A stretch of DNA of 64,000 bases from Microbacterium sp. (lineage in GTDB: Bacteria > Actinomycetota > Actinomycetes > Actinomycetales > Microbacteriaceae): positions 23,539-87,538 of the forward strand of contig JAQZBG010000001.1 in assembly GCA_029239165.1 (NCBI GenBank), written 5' to 3'. Position numbers and translations under genes: made by a program. How positions within the stretch are numbered: the first letter of the stretch is position 1; the number at the start of each line of letters is the position of its first letter. Below the pieces are notes generated by a model. The model saw only the letters and a program-made list of their open reading frames with translations, ran no database searches and was not told the origin of the DNA. Below are positions 43,482-53,768 of this stretch, piece after piece.

Positions 43482-44216
43482 ATGGCGCCGAAACAGCGAT
43501 CTTCACGTGGACTCTGGTGGGCCGTCGTTGGCGGGTTGGTTGTAATCGTGTGCGGCGCAGTGGTGGCCGGCATGCTCCTGACGCGCCCCTCTCCCACGGA
43601 CACGTCGACGCCGCACACCTCAGCTCAGGCTTTTTCTCCGCTGCCCTCACCATCTGGGCCGGAAGGCGAAGTCGTCGATGCATCTGTTGATGAGCGCGGT
43701 TGGGTCGTTGAGCCGATCACCCCGGATCCTGAGACGTATATCCGTGCCGCGCTCGCGGCTGCTGGCACATTTGACACCACGCGGAGCTCCCGAGACGAGT
43801 GGCTCAGCTATCTCGACTCCTGGTTCACGCCCGACACGCGCTACACCTCCGAAGCAGACAGACGCACCGAATTGAACGCGGCCAAGCTTGAGCTTCGGCA
43901 GTCCGTGGTCCTCCCGGAGGAGTCGTGGGAATCGTTGTCGGGAGAATCGGGTCGTGTCACTTCCCGTGTCAACGAGGACCTCACGTTCGCCCCCGTGGAA
44001 GGCGATGTCTCGGGGGATATGACAATCGGAACCGGCCTGGTCGACGTGACGTTCACGCGATCAGATCCTTCGGGGGAAGAGGCGAGTTATACCGAGACGG
44101 CGGAAGTCAGCGTTCAGGTGCTGTGCGGCGTGGGATCCGTCCCGTCCGCGGGTAGCGGCCAGCGGCCGGGCGATTGCAAGGTCGTACGGTTCTTCGCGGA
44201 GCCGATCGGATCCTGA
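43482..44216 (+). CDS. Single-TM conjugation-associated protein (possibly VirB8/TcpC-like)
   Basis: N-terminal TM, Pro/Ser linker, first gene of the T4SS operon; family assignment uncertain. Confidence 0.55.
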   Translation: MAPKQRSSRGLWWAVVGGLVVIVCGAVVAGMLLTRPSPTDTSTPHTSAQAFSPLPSPSGPEGEVVDASVDERGWVVEPITPDPETYIRAALAAAGTFDTTRSSRDEWLSYLDSWFTPDTRYTSEADRRTELNAAKLELRQSVVLPEESWESLSGESGRVTSRVNEDLTFAPVEGDVSGDMTIGTGLVDVTFTRSDPSGEEASYTETAEVSVQVLCGVGSVPSAGSGQRPGDCKVVRFFAEPIGS

Positions 44217-44217
44217 C

Positions 44218-44838
44218 ATGGGTGCCCCCGCGATCGCTGTCGGCGTCCTTACCCGGACAAAGACCGCCCGCTGGGTGGCCGGACTCGTCCTTCTCGCCGT
44301 TGCCGCAGTTGGGCTCGTGATCGTCGCCCCTCTCCTCGTCGTTCCGATGGCGCTCGCTGCGTCTGCGGCACCGCCGCCTGCTCCGGATGCAAGCGAAGAC
44401 GGTTTTCCCGCGGCGAACGGCGACTGGGGATACCCCCTCGCTGGCGCATACACGAAGGGCCGTGGGTTCGGGTACAACCCGGTGAAGGGATGCGGTTACT
44501 GCTCCACTCATCACCTGGGGTACGACATGGCGCAGGGATGCGGCACCACCATCTACGCCGCCGGACCAGGCACCGTGATCACCGCCGGAGCGTACTACGG
44601 ATGGGGCAACAGCGTCCGGATCGACCACGGCGGCGGGCTCGTCACCCTCTACGGCCACATGCAATGGGACTCGCTTCGCGTCACATCCGGACAGGCAGTC
44701 ACCGCCGGCACTCCCCTCGGCGCCGAGGGGAACACGGGCGCCTCATTCGGCTGCCATCTCCACTTCGAGGTCCGGCAGAACAACACGCCGGTCCCGCCCG
44801 AACCGTTCATGGCCGAGCGCGGCCTCCCTCTGTCCTAG
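44218..44838 (+). CDS. M23 peptidase (conjugative cell-wall hydrolase)
   Basis: HLGYD, YGHM, GNTGASFGCHLHFEV. Confidence 0.9.
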   Translation: MGAPAIAVGVLTRTKTARWVAGLVLLAVAAVGLVIVAPLLVVPMALAASAAPPPAPDASEDGFPAANGDWGYPLAGAYTKGRGFGYNPVKGCGYCSTHHLGYDMAQGCGTTIYAAGPGTVITAGAYYGWGNSVRIDHGGGLVTLYGHMQWDSLRVTSGQAVTAGTPLGAEGNTGASFGCHLHFEVRQNNTPVPPEPFMAERGLPLS

Positions 44839-44867
44839 CTCGACCCCCTGGATGCGAAAGGCCTCTC

Positions 44868-45167
44868 ATGCTCACTACGGAAACGCACCCGCTGGACGTC
44901 AACGTGCCCGACATTCAGCCTGACTTCTCCGCCCCGTTCTTCGCCGGGTTCCAGGTCATTGCGTCCTACGTTCTCGCTGGCGCGATGCTCGTCGTCCTGG
45001 TCATGCTGATCATCGCCGGCGCTGCTCTCGCGTTCCGCGGCCTTGCATCCGACCGAGTGCGGACCTGGGCTGGCGAGAACATCTTGTGGATCTTCATCGC
45101 CGCCGCCGTCCTCGGCGGCGCCAGTGGCTTGTTCGCGTGGTTCGTGAACTTCGACTTCGGATTCTGA
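44868..45167 (+). CDS. Small 2-TM protein, VirB2/TrbC pilin-like
   Basis: 99 aa with two hydrophobic helices; position in the operon. Confidence 0.6.
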   Translation: MLTTETHPLDVNVPDIQPDFSAPFFAGFQVIASYVLAGAMLVVLVMLIIAGAALAFRGLASDRVRTWAGENILWIFIAAAVLGGASGLFAWFVNFDFGF

Positions 45168-45169
45168 CC

Positions 45170-46672
45170 ATGCGCATCGCCCGAGCGCTTCTGTGCATCG
45201 GCATCGCCGCTGCCTTAGCTCTCTCCGCGCCGGTTGCAGCTTCGGCGTCCGAGCTCAGAGAGACGACAGCATCATCGGCACGCTCAGCAGCGGCTTCACC
45301 TATTTCCGGAACATCATGGTCAGCGCCCGCGAAACCCGTCGAGTGCTTTGAGTCGAGCAACCAAGTCACATGCACACCGACGAACACTGCCGATATCCGA
45401 GCCCAACGGTGCTTTACGGGCGTCCTGGTTGACGGCCAACGCGCCGCAGTGTGCACCACGTACGAGGGCCACATTGAGGAGTTGCAGGCGGCGGGCGGGA
45501 AGGAGTCGAAGGTCACCTACGGGTGCAGTGTCGGTGATCTCGTGTGTGTGACGTTCGAGAACGCGGGTCGTGGCATGGCGCTGGCCGCCATGGGCGTGAT
45601 GTTCTTGTTCGCTCAGAACGTGACGTTCGACACCAGCACGTTGCTGTGGGACGCCGCCGTCGGCGAGTGGTCGTTCTGGCAATGGGCCACCCTGATCGTG
45701 GTTTTCATCGCAATGGTGTGGGCGGTTACGGCGGCAGTCGTGGCCCGTGACCGGGAACAGCTGGTCGGCGCCATCGTCAGGAGCTTCATCGCGATCCCGG
45801 CGGTTCCGCTAACCCTTTGGTTGACTGGGCACACGGTCAACGCGGTCGATGACATGACCTGGTACATCCTCGCCAAAGACGGACCCTCGCACCTTCTCGG
45901 CGTCCTGCAGGAAGTGATGTGGTCCGGCGGCGAAGCGAACTACTTCTTCGCGTTCCTGGTGCACGGACTGCTGCTTGTGGCGATGGTGCTGCTCATGTTC
46001 GTGTTCGCATTCCGGAACCTCGTACTCGCGGCCCTCATCATGGTCGGACCGGTGGCGTGGATGATGTTCCCGGTACGGAGCATCGGACCGCAGTGGGTCG
46101 TCCGATACGTCTCGGCGCTCGCGGTGCTGCTCCTCACCGGACCGCTCACGATCGGGTTTGTCTCACTCATCGTGCGCGGATTGGCGGACGTGCGGTCTAT
46201 CTGGGACCCGCAGTCGTGGCCGCTCCTGCTCGGCCTCGCGCTCGTCACGTTCGCACCATTCGCCGTCTTCGGCCTGTTCAGTTTCGTGGGCGCGGCGGCT
46301 GCGGATGGTCTTGGGTCGGCGCTCGGCACCGGCGGCCGGCGACTCGCCTCCAGCACGGGAGCGAGGTTCGCGGCGATCCCCTCACGAGTGGGGGCCTCAC
46401 CGGCGGGAGTCCTCGCTGGCGCATCCCGAGGCGGGACCGCCACACGCGCAGCGACGTCACGCCCTGTTGGTGGCGCCGGAAACGCCGCCGGTGGAGGCGG
46501 AGCCACCCGACCCGGCACCAGCACCGCACCCGCCCCGACACCCGCAGGCGGAACCGCAACGACAACGAGCGCCGCAACGCCGAACCGACCGACACGTTCC
46601 CCTAGCGCCGCGCCTATGCCAGCGCCTCAGCCGCCCGTAGCACCGCAACGTACTGAGAGGAGTGGACGATGA
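45170..46672 (+). CDS. Polytopic VirB6/TrbL-like membrane protein
   Basis: Signal peptide, Cys-containing external domain, about 7 TM segments, Gly/Ala/Pro/Thr-rich tail. Confidence 0.7.
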   Translation: MRIARALLCIGIAAALALSAPVAASASELRETTASSARSAAASPISGTSWSAPAKPVECFESSNQVTCTPTNTADIRAQRCFTGVLVDGQRAAVCTTYEGHIEELQAAGGKESKVTYGCSVGDLVCVTFENAGRGMALAAMGVMFLFAQNVTFDTSTLLWDAAVGEWSFWQWATLIVVFIAMVWAVTAAVVARDREQLVGAIVRSFIAIPAVPLTLWLTGHTVNAVDDMTWYILAKDGPSHLLGVLQEVMWSGGEANYFFAFLVHGLLLVAMVLLMFVFAFRNLVLAALIMVGPVAWMMFPVRSIGPQWVVRYVSALAVLLLTGPLTIGFVSLIVRGLADVRSIWDPQSWPLLLGLALVTFAPFAVFGLFSFVGAAAADGLGSALGTGGRRLASSTGARFAAIPSRVGASPAGVLAGASRGGTATRAATSRPVGGAGNAAGGGGATRPGTSTAPAPTPAGGTATTTSAATPNRPTRSPSAAPMPAPQPPVAPQRTERSGR

Positions 46673-48162
46673 CGAGCTTCGATGCGTCCCGTCCGGTGCG
46701 GCTTCCCCGCCGCTCACGCCAGGGGATCGTGATGGGCATGGACGGATGGCAGATCACCTTCCTCGCCCTCGCGGCCGCCCTCATCTTGATCGCGGTGAAC
46801 CGCCTGGGCCCCCTCGGACTCCTCTATACCGCCCCTTTTTACCTGCTGCTCGGCGGCGCAGCACTCACTACCATCCACGGGATCTCCGCACCCCGGATCG
46901 CCGCGCTGTGGACGATGAAGCAGGTGCGACACAGCACCGGGGCGACCACCCACGCGTATCGACCGGAGCGGATGCGGGTCGCAGGGTCGCTGAATCTTCC
47001 AGGCACCAGGGCGTCCCTGCAGATTTGGGAGGTCGACGGTCTCGCGAGCGTGTACAACCCACACGATCGGACGGTGTCGGTCACCGCCGAGCTCGAGGTG
47101 CAGGGGTTCCTGATGCAGGACATCCCGGAACGGTACGACCTTGCTCAGCAGTGGGCGCAGGTGCTGGCCTCGTTCACGCAACGCCTCGGCGTTAAGCGAG
47201 TGACGTTGCAGGAGCGGACCCTGCCGACCACGATCCGTCCCGCCCGCGATCACTACGACACCGTCCGCCGACGCCGGCAACTGCACGACGACGAGTCGCC
47301 CGCGGCGGTGAACTACGCCGAGGTCATGGACCGATCGGAACGTTTCGCCGTCGCGCACCGCAACTACCTCACCTTCACGCTTGACCTCGTCGCGCTCGCC
47401 CCGCAGCTGAAGTCCCTAGGCGGCGGGCAGCGCGCCATTCAGACGCTCGCGGTGATCGAGGCACGCAACCTGTCCGACGCGCTGCACGCCGCGAAGGTGA
47501 AGGTCAGACGCTGGCTCGCACCGCGCGACATCGCTGCCCTTGCTCGACTGACGGTAGACCCAGAGTCGGCCACCACGGTGCAGAACCGAGACCCCGAGCA
47601 GGCAGGTGTCGACTCTGAAGCGATCGGGCCGATGTACCTCGAAGAGCCGAAAGGAAAGAACGGTCTCGTGTATACGGATTCCGGTGTGCACACGACCATG
47701 TGGGTGCACGAATGGCCCCGCTCCGACGCACCCGTCGGGTTCGTGTCCCCGCTCGTGTTCGCACGGCAGCCCGCCACCGGCGAAGCCGTCACCCACATCC
47801 TCTCCCTCGTGCTGACACCGGTGCCGGTGTCGAAAGCGCTGAAACGGATCCGGGACGAGAAAAAAGTGTGGCGGGGAAACGAGAAGCTGCGCGCGAAACG
47901 CGGCGCCGATGGGTCCGCGGCGGATGCGGCGGACTGGGACGCGTTGGAGAAGCAGGAACAGGAAATCGTCGCCGGGCACGGTGAGTTCCGCTACGGGGCG
48001 TACATCACTGTCACCGCACCGGACGAGGAACGGCTCGATCAGGCGATTGCCGGGATGCGGAACGCCCTGTCCCGCGCCGGGATGGAGGCGCAGATTTTGT
48101 ACTGCCAGCAGGCGGAGGCGCTGATGGTGAACGCGTTGCCGGTCGGATTGGGGATGAAGTAG
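46669..48162 (+). CDS. SCO6880-family / PrgI(VirB3)-like conjugation protein
   Basis: 2 N-terminal TMs; QERT.P, W...WPR, EQE...GH, Q...F/M..LP.G motifs; immediately upstream of VirB4. Confidence 0.7.
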   Translation: MTSFDASRPVRLPRRSRQGIVMGMDGWQITFLALAAALILIAVNRLGPLGLLYTAPFYLLLGGAALTTIHGISAPRIAALWTMKQVRHSTGATTHAYRPERMRVAGSLNLPGTRASLQIWEVDGLASVYNPHDRTVSVTAELEVQGFLMQDIPERYDLAQQWAQVLASFTQRLGVKRVTLQERTLPTTIRPARDHYDTVRRRRQLHDDESPAAVNYAEVMDRSERFAVAHRNYLTFTLDLVALAPQLKSLGGGQRAIQTLAVIEARNLSDALHAAKVKVRRWLAPRDIAALARLTVDPESATTVQNRDPEQAGVDSEAIGPMYLEEPKGKNGLVYTDSGVHTTMWVHEWPRSDAPVGFVSPLVFARQPATGEAVTHILSLVLTPVPVSKALKRIRDEKKVWRGNEKLRAKRGADGSAADAADWDALEKQEQEIVAGHGEFRYGAYITVTAPDEERLDQAIAGMRNALSRAGMEAQILYCQQAEALMVNALPVGLGMK

Positions 48163-49763
48163 TGCCCCGCCGCACGGTCGTCTTCGCACCCGCCACCGCC
48201 ACGCGCGAACAAAAACGCGAACTGCGCCGCGCCATCGCCGACGCCGCGCGCAGCGAACGACCCGCGCCGAGCCGGCGGAAGGATCGGGCCCTTCCCGATG
48301 CGGCGGTGCCGGGCCCGTTCGGACCGGGTCTTGCCGAAGGCGGGTACTGGAACCTGGCCGCGCCGGAGATTCCGGCGCATCAGGCGACGTCGCAGCACAT
48401 CGCGGGCATCTATCCGTTTGTCGCCGACGCCGGCCTTGGGCATCGCGGCCCGATTGTCGGCGTCGATCTGAACGCGGACGCGCTCTGGCACTTCTCCCCG
48501 TGGGAGTCCTATGCCGACAGCACCGACCGCGGCGCGTTCTCCACCAACATCCTCGTGCTCGGCGCCTACCGTGCCGGCAAGTCTGCCGTCGTGAAAACGC
48601 TCGTTACCCGGTCGCTCGCGTTCGGACACCAGGCGGTCGTGCCGTCCGACGCCAAGGGCGAATGGGTGGTAATCGCCGACGCCATACCCGGCGGCACGGT
48701 CATTCGCCTCGGCGGCGGCCGGACTACCCGACTGAACCCCCTCGACCGAGGCCCCCGGCGAACCAGCTCGACGGACGAGCAGCATGAGCAGATGGTGCGA
48801 CAACGCCGCATCGCCACGCTCATCTCCCTCGTCGAGATGGCGCTCACAGGCGCCCGGCTCACCGCTGTGGAGCACGCCAGCATCCACGACGCCCTCGAAC
48901 AATGCATCGCCGCCACCGGCGACCGTCCCACGCTCCGCGGAGTTTACGAGCAACTCGGGCACATGGTTGCGGACCGCGACGGTGACCCACGTGTGGCGGA
49001 GGGTGCGGTGCAGCCGAGGTTCGTGCTGCGCCGCTTCGTGGACGGCGACCTGTCGGGCCTATTCGAGGACGAATCAACCGTGTCGTTCGACGAGAACGCA
49101 CCCATCGTCGTCGTCGACACAAGCGAGCTCTTCGCGCGAGGGGACCTGGTCGCTCAGCTCACGCAGGTGTGCGCGACGGCCTGGATCCAGGCGGTCGTGT
49201 CCGACCGATCAGCGAAGCGCACCCGTTATGTGATCAGGGAGGAGGGCTGGCGGGACATGACGTCGCTGGCGTCGCTGCAGATGTATCAGCAGTGGTTGAA
49301 ACTCTCCCGCCACTACGGGATCAGCAACATCGTCATCCTGCACAAGATGGGCGACCTTGACGCGGTCGGCGACGCGGACTCGCACGAACGAAACCTCGCG
49401 TACTCGATCGTCGGCGACATCGAAAACAAGTTCATCTTCCGCGTCAACCACCAGGAACAGACCAGCCTGCAGACCCGCCTCAACCTCCCGGCACCACACG
49501 TCGACATAGCCCGGCAACTGCGGAAGGGCGAGTTCCTCGCGTACGTCGGCCAGTACTCCTACCTCGTGGACTGCTTCTCCACCTCCACCGACTGGGAATT
49601 CGAGCTCTTCAAGACCGACGACGCCATCCAACCCACCGACCACGAAGACCCCTACGCCAGCCCCTTCACCACAGCAGATCTAGACGCCGTGTGGCCAGAA
49701 CCTCTCACCCCCTCGGATGCTGGCCTGGACGGTTGGCTGACCACCCTCAAGGAGACGTCATGA
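48162..49763 (+). CDS. virB4: VirB4-like conjugative ATPase
   Basis: GAYRAGKS Walker A, DAKGEW, LNPLD, EEGW Walker B, KLSRHYG. Confidence 0.85.
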   Translation: MPRRTVVFAPATATREQKRELRRAIADAARSERPAPSRRKDRALPDAAVPGPFGPGLAEGGYWNLAAPEIPAHQATSQHIAGIYPFVADAGLGHRGPIVGVDLNADALWHFSPWESYADSTDRGAFSTNILVLGAYRAGKSAVVKTLVTRSLAFGHQAVVPSDAKGEWVVIADAIPGGTVIRLGGGRTTRLNPLDRGPRRTSSTDEQHEQMVRQRRIATLISLVEMALTGARLTAVEHASIHDALEQCIAATGDRPTLRGVYEQLGHMVADRDGDPRVAEGAVQPRFVLRRFVDGDLSGLFEDESTVSFDENAPIVVVDTSELFARGDLVAQLTQVCATAWIQAVVSDRSAKRTRYVIREEGWRDMTSLASLQMYQQWLKLSRHYGISNIVILHKMGDLDAVGDADSHERNLAYSIVGDIENKFIFRVNHQEQTSLQTRLNLPAPHVDIARQLRKGEFLAYVGQYSYLVDCFSTSTDWEFELFKTDDAIQPTDHEDPYASPFTTADLDAVWPEPLTPSDAGLDGWLTTLKETS

Positions 49764-51055
49764 CACTCGCCGCTCTCCCACGCACCTTCGCAACCGTCAC
49801 GGGAACCACCGCCCGCTTCACCGCCGCCGACGGGCACACCGAACATCTCACCCCGAACGAGCCGGGCATCGACATCCGCCAAACCGTCATCCGTCGCGCC
49901 ACCGACGAAGCACGCCGAAACGGCAGCGCCATCGAACTCGTCACCCGAGGAGACCGCGGTGAGCACCGCCTCCTCGTCCTCCCCGACGGCACACTCACCA
50001 CCGCCCCAGAACCCAACATGGACGAGACCACCGACGGCCTCGAGAAGAGCACGCAGCGATCAGTACGCGCAGCTGAGGCAGCAGCGCCCGCGTTGCATCC
50101 GGCGACCGAACAGCCCATCTCACGTCCCGACGCCGAGCCGGCGGAACGCGCATCATTCATCGCCACACCACGCGCCACTGTGAGCGCCGATTCGTCGTGG
50201 AGACGAGCGGTCGCTGCACTCGGCGTACAGGTGAAGCCGTCACCCGCCGAGACGGCTCGTCAGAATCGCGATCGGATCGTGTCACGGCACTGGGCCGGAT
50301 GCCGAACCATCGCCGTGGTCAACGGCAAGGGCGGGGTCGGGAAAACCGTCACCACCGCGATGCTCGCCGCCGTCTACGGACGCCGCGGCGGCGGGAACGT
50401 CCTCGCGTGGGACAACAACGACACCCGCGGCACCCTCGGCTGGCGCACCGAAAGCGGCCTGTACGACACCACCATCCGCGACCTGCTCCCCGCCGCGGAC
50501 CGTCTCCTCGGCCCCAGTTCAGCGATCTCGGACATCACCCGGTTCGTGCACCACCAGAGCGCCGACCGGTACGACGTCCTCCGCTCCAACCCGGAACTCC
50601 TCGCCGCCGACCAACGCGTCACCCTGCGCGAGTTCGACACGCTCATGCGGATCGCCGCCCGCTACTTCCGGCTCGTCATCTTCGACTCCGGAAACGACGA
50701 GTCCGCGGACCGGTGGCTGCGGATGATCGACTCCTCCTACCAACTCGTCATCCCCACACTCACCACCCCGGAATCCGCCGAATCCGCGGCACTCCTCCTC
50801 GACGCCCTCCGAAACCGCGACCACCGCTCCGCCACCCTCGCCCGCAACGCCGTCGTCATCGTCACTGCGTCCGAAGCCGGCTTACACGCCGCGCTTGCCC
50901 GGATCGCCGCCGGCTTCCAGCCGCACGTGCGCTCCGTCGTCACCATCCCCTACGACCCCGCCCTCAAAGCCGGCCCAGTCCGCTTCGACCACCTCCGTCC
51001 CCGCACCCGCGACGCATGGGTCACCGCAGCCGCGGCCGCCGCAGAAGTCCTCTGA
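49760..51055 (+). CDS. MinD/ParA-like ATPase
   Basis: NGKGGVGKT deviant Walker A, DNNDTRGTL, DSGN, IPYDPAL. Confidence 0.82.
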   Translation: MTLAALPRTFATVTGTTARFTAADGHTEHLTPNEPGIDIRQTVIRRATDEARRNGSAIELVTRGDRGEHRLLVLPDGTLTTAPEPNMDETTDGLEKSTQRSVRAAEAAAPALHPATEQPISRPDAEPAERASFIATPRATVSADSSWRRAVAALGVQVKPSPAETARQNRDRIVSRHWAGCRTIAVVNGKGGVGKTVTTAMLAAVYGRRGGGNVLAWDNNDTRGTLGWRTESGLYDTTIRDLLPAADRLLGPSSAISDITRFVHHQSADRYDVLRSNPELLAADQRVTLREFDTLMRIAARYFRLVIFDSGNDESADRWLRMIDSSYQLVIPTLTTPESAESAALLLDALRNRDHRSATLARNAVVIVTASEAGLHAALARIAAGFQPHVRSVVTIPYDPALKAGPVRFDHLRPRTRDAWVTAAAAAAEVL

Positions 51056-51070
51056 CACGGGCCAATCGCC

Positions 51071-52858
51071 ATGCGGAACGCGTCCCTAGGAAAAGCTGCC
51101 GCGATCGGCTTCGCGGTCCTGGTCACGATCAGCGCCGGCTGCCATGCGATCGCCACGCTCCTGACGACGGCCACCTGCGGCACAGCCCCCGACGCCACAG
51201 GGATCTTTTCCGGCCTGTCTCTCGCGCTTACCGGATCCGACACCGCCTACGTCGCTCCGGTTGGGTGCGCTCTGCCGATCGGACTGATCCGCGCCGCGGA
51301 CTTTGCCTCGTTCACGGTCCTGGTCGTTGCGGCCGTCGTCGCCGCTGTGACGGTGCGCCGCTATCGGCAGTCTGACCGGGCGTTCGTCGACGACCTTCGC
51401 ACCCGCCCTGGATTCGCGGCCGCCTCCGAGATCAAAGCGCACCTCTCCGCCCGCGCCGTCCTCAAACGAGCCACCCAGCTCCGGCCGTCTCTTGCTGGAC
51501 CGAAGGCGACGGATGTCGGGTGGCGGGTCGGCCGGTCCCGCGGGATGGACGTGTTCGTGTCGATCGAAGACTCCGTCGCCCTCGAAGGCCCGCCCCGGTC
51601 CGGTAAGGGTTACCGGGTGCTGATCTCCGCGATCCTCGACTGGTCCGGACCCCTCATCACGACCTCCACCACGAACGACAACCTCACCGCCACCCACCGG
51701 ATGCGGCAAACCCGCGGCGACGTGCACGTCTTCGACCCGCAGGGCCTCACCGGCATCCCACACCCACTCCGGGTCTCCCCCGTCACCGGGTGCGAGGACC
51801 CGCTCGTTGCGATCCAACGCGGCGACGCGATCATCACCGGCACCGCCCTCGGCGCCTCCGCCACCAACGGCGAATGGGCACAAGCATCCGGGACCGTCCT
51901 GAGCCGGCTCCTCCACGCCGCCGCAGTCGGCGGCCGCGACATCGGCGACCTCTACGACTGGGGCTCGAGCCCCAGCCTCGCCCGCAACGCCGTCGACATC
52001 CTCCGCTCCGACGGCACACCCGGATGGGGAGACAGCCTCGAGGCCATCATCGCCGGCGACGAGAAACTCGTCTCCTCCATCTGGTTCGGCGTCCAGGGCG
52101 CCGTCGCACCCCTCGCCGTCCCTCAAATACGGGAAGCCCTCACCCCGACTCGCGCCGACCGCACCTTCGACCCCAGCGAGTTCCTCCAGGGCGAGAACAC
52201 CCTGTACCTGATCGGGTCCGCGTCTGGCGCATCAGCGATGGGCGGATTTCTCGGCGCCCTGCTCGACGACATCGTCGACGTCGCCCGCAAGAAAGCCCTC
52301 GCCTCCCCCGGGTCACGTCTCCACCAGCCCCTCGGCCTGATCCTGGACGAGATCGCCAACATGTTCCGATGGGGCAACCTCCCCCGCACGATGGCCGACG
52401 GCGGCGGCCGCGGCATCTGCACCTTCGTCGTCCTCCAAGCCCTGTCCCAAGCAGAAACCTCCTGGTCGAAAGCCGAAGCCGACACAATCTGGGCCGCCGC
52501 GACCGCGAAGATCCTCCTCGGCGGCGCCTCACACGTCGACCACCTCCGCGACATCGAAGCCCTCCTCGGCAACCGGGAGAAGCGCCGCACCCAGCGCTCT
52601 TGGTCCACCAACGACTTCGGCCACAACACCAGCGAGCACCACGAACGCATCCCCCTCATGTCCGTCGACGAGATCCGACGCATGCCGCCCACCACCGGAC
52701 TCCTCGCGTACCGCAACCGCCGCGGCGTCCTCCTGGACCTCGCCGGCTGGGACGAACGAGCCGACGCCGGGCGCATCCGCGCCAGCAAGAGCGTCACGGA
52801 GCAGGAACAAACCTCGACCTTCGCCGCTCGTGCCCGCACGGAAGGAGACGCGTCATGA
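51071..52858 (+). CDS. virD4: VirD4/TraG type IV coupling protein
   Basis: N-terminal TMs, GPPRSGKG, VFDP, LILDEIAN, GGGRGI...VLQALSQ. Confidence 0.88.
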   Translation: MRNASLGKAAAIGFAVLVTISAGCHAIATLLTTATCGTAPDATGIFSGLSLALTGSDTAYVAPVGCALPIGLIRAADFASFTVLVVAAVVAAVTVRRYRQSDRAFVDDLRTRPGFAAASEIKAHLSARAVLKRATQLRPSLAGPKATDVGWRVGRSRGMDVFVSIEDSVALEGPPRSGKGYRVLISAILDWSGPLITTSTTNDNLTATHRMRQTRGDVHVFDPQGLTGIPHPLRVSPVTGCEDPLVAIQRGDAIITGTALGASATNGEWAQASGTVLSRLLHAAAVGGRDIGDLYDWGSSPSLARNAVDILRSDGTPGWGDSLEAIIAGDEKLVSSIWFGVQGAVAPLAVPQIREALTPTRADRTFDPSEFLQGENTLYLIGSASGASAMGGFLGALLDDIVDVARKKALASPGSRLHQPLGLILDEIANMFRWGNLPRTMADGGGRGICTFVVLQALSQAETSWSKAEADTIWAAATAKILLGGASHVDHLRDIEALLGNREKRRTQRSWSTNDFGHNTSEHHERIPLMSVDEIRRMPPTTGLLAYRNRRGVLLDLAGWDERADAGRIRASKSVTEQEQTSTFAARARTEGDAS

Positions 52859-53241
52859 GTAACCGGCGCCGCGGACGCGTCCGAAACACCTACCGCACCG
52901 GCTACCTCCGGTCACCCGCCTGGTTCCGCCGCCGCGACCACTGGTTCAGCCGCGCCGAACGCCGCGGGCCAGTCGCGTGCGCCGCCTGTGGAAGCCCCGG
53001 GACCCGACGCACCCTCGAGCTTCACCACCTCACCTACCGCGGCGTCCGCACCCTCGACGGACGATGGCTCGCCACCGAGCACGACGACGAACTCATCCCG
53101 CTCCACCCCGGATGCCACGAACTCCTCCACCGACTCCTCGACCGCGACCTCGTCCTCGCCCGCTCTCGAACACGCTCCACCGCCAGCCATCTCGCACTTC
53201 AGCGACTCCGCGCAGCACTCCCGCCCGGACGGCAGCCATGA
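52855..53241 (+). CDS. Small HNH-endonuclease-like protein
   Basis: YLRSPAW..RR, CAAC, LELHHLTY, E...L..LH..CH...H. Confidence 0.6.
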   Translation: MSNRRRGRVRNTYRTGYLRSPAWFRRRDHWFSRAERRGPVACAACGSPGTRRTLELHHLTYRGVRTLDGRWLATEHDDELIPLHPGCHELLHRLLDRDLVLARSRTRSTASHLALQRLRAALPPGRQP

Positions 53242-53768
53242 CCGATCAGCCCGACATCGGTTCCGAAGAAGTGGAACGACTCCTCGCCGAACAACTTGGG
53301 TTCGACCCCTTTGACCGCCACACCCCGTCCGACATCATCGGCGGCGACACCATCAACTGGCGCACCCTCACCTCGGCAGACGCAGCGGCGGTATGGGAGG
53401 CACTACGTGAATGGGTCGAGTGGTTCACCACCCGCTACAGCGTCCCTGTCTCCACCGTCCCCGACTGCTGGTGGCAACACGGACAACTCGTCGAAGAACT
53501 TTCTGCCCTGCACGCCGCACACAACGCGGCCTTCGACCCTTCCGACACCGGCTTCGGACCGATCGGCTGGCACGAACGCCTCAGCATTGCGCTCCCCCGT
53601 CTCAGCCGTGCATACGGCGGCGGCTGCACCAACGGACACCGCCCCACCAAACCTCGCACCTGGGACGACGTCACCGACGAGACCGCATGGACCGCGTGGA
53701 CCAGACAGGCCCACGCCCACCCGAGCACCGCAAGTGCTCACACTCAGAAAGAAGGACAGAACCCATGA
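53238..53768 (+). CDS. DUF4913-like conjugative-element protein
   Basis: W..L..WV.W...RY...PDCWWQH..LVEELSAL pattern. Confidence 0.6.
   Translation: MTDQPDIGSEEVERLLAEQLGFDPFDRHTPSDIIGGDTINWRTLTSADAAAVWEALREWVEWFTTRYSVPVSTVPDCWWQHGQLVEELSALHAAHNAAFDPSDTGFGPIGWHERLSIALPRLSRAYGGGCTNGHRPTKPRTWDDVTDETAWTAWTRQAHAHPSTASAHTQKEGQNP

Noticed and set aside
43226-43690. Small ORFs in the gap before the tra operon
   Set aside because: No motifs, atypical composition and mutually overlapping; more likely a regulatory region
46380-46660. Low-complexity GC-rich stretch as a repeat array
   Set aside because: Encodes the Gly/Ala/Pro/Thr tail of the VirB6-like protein; no regular unit
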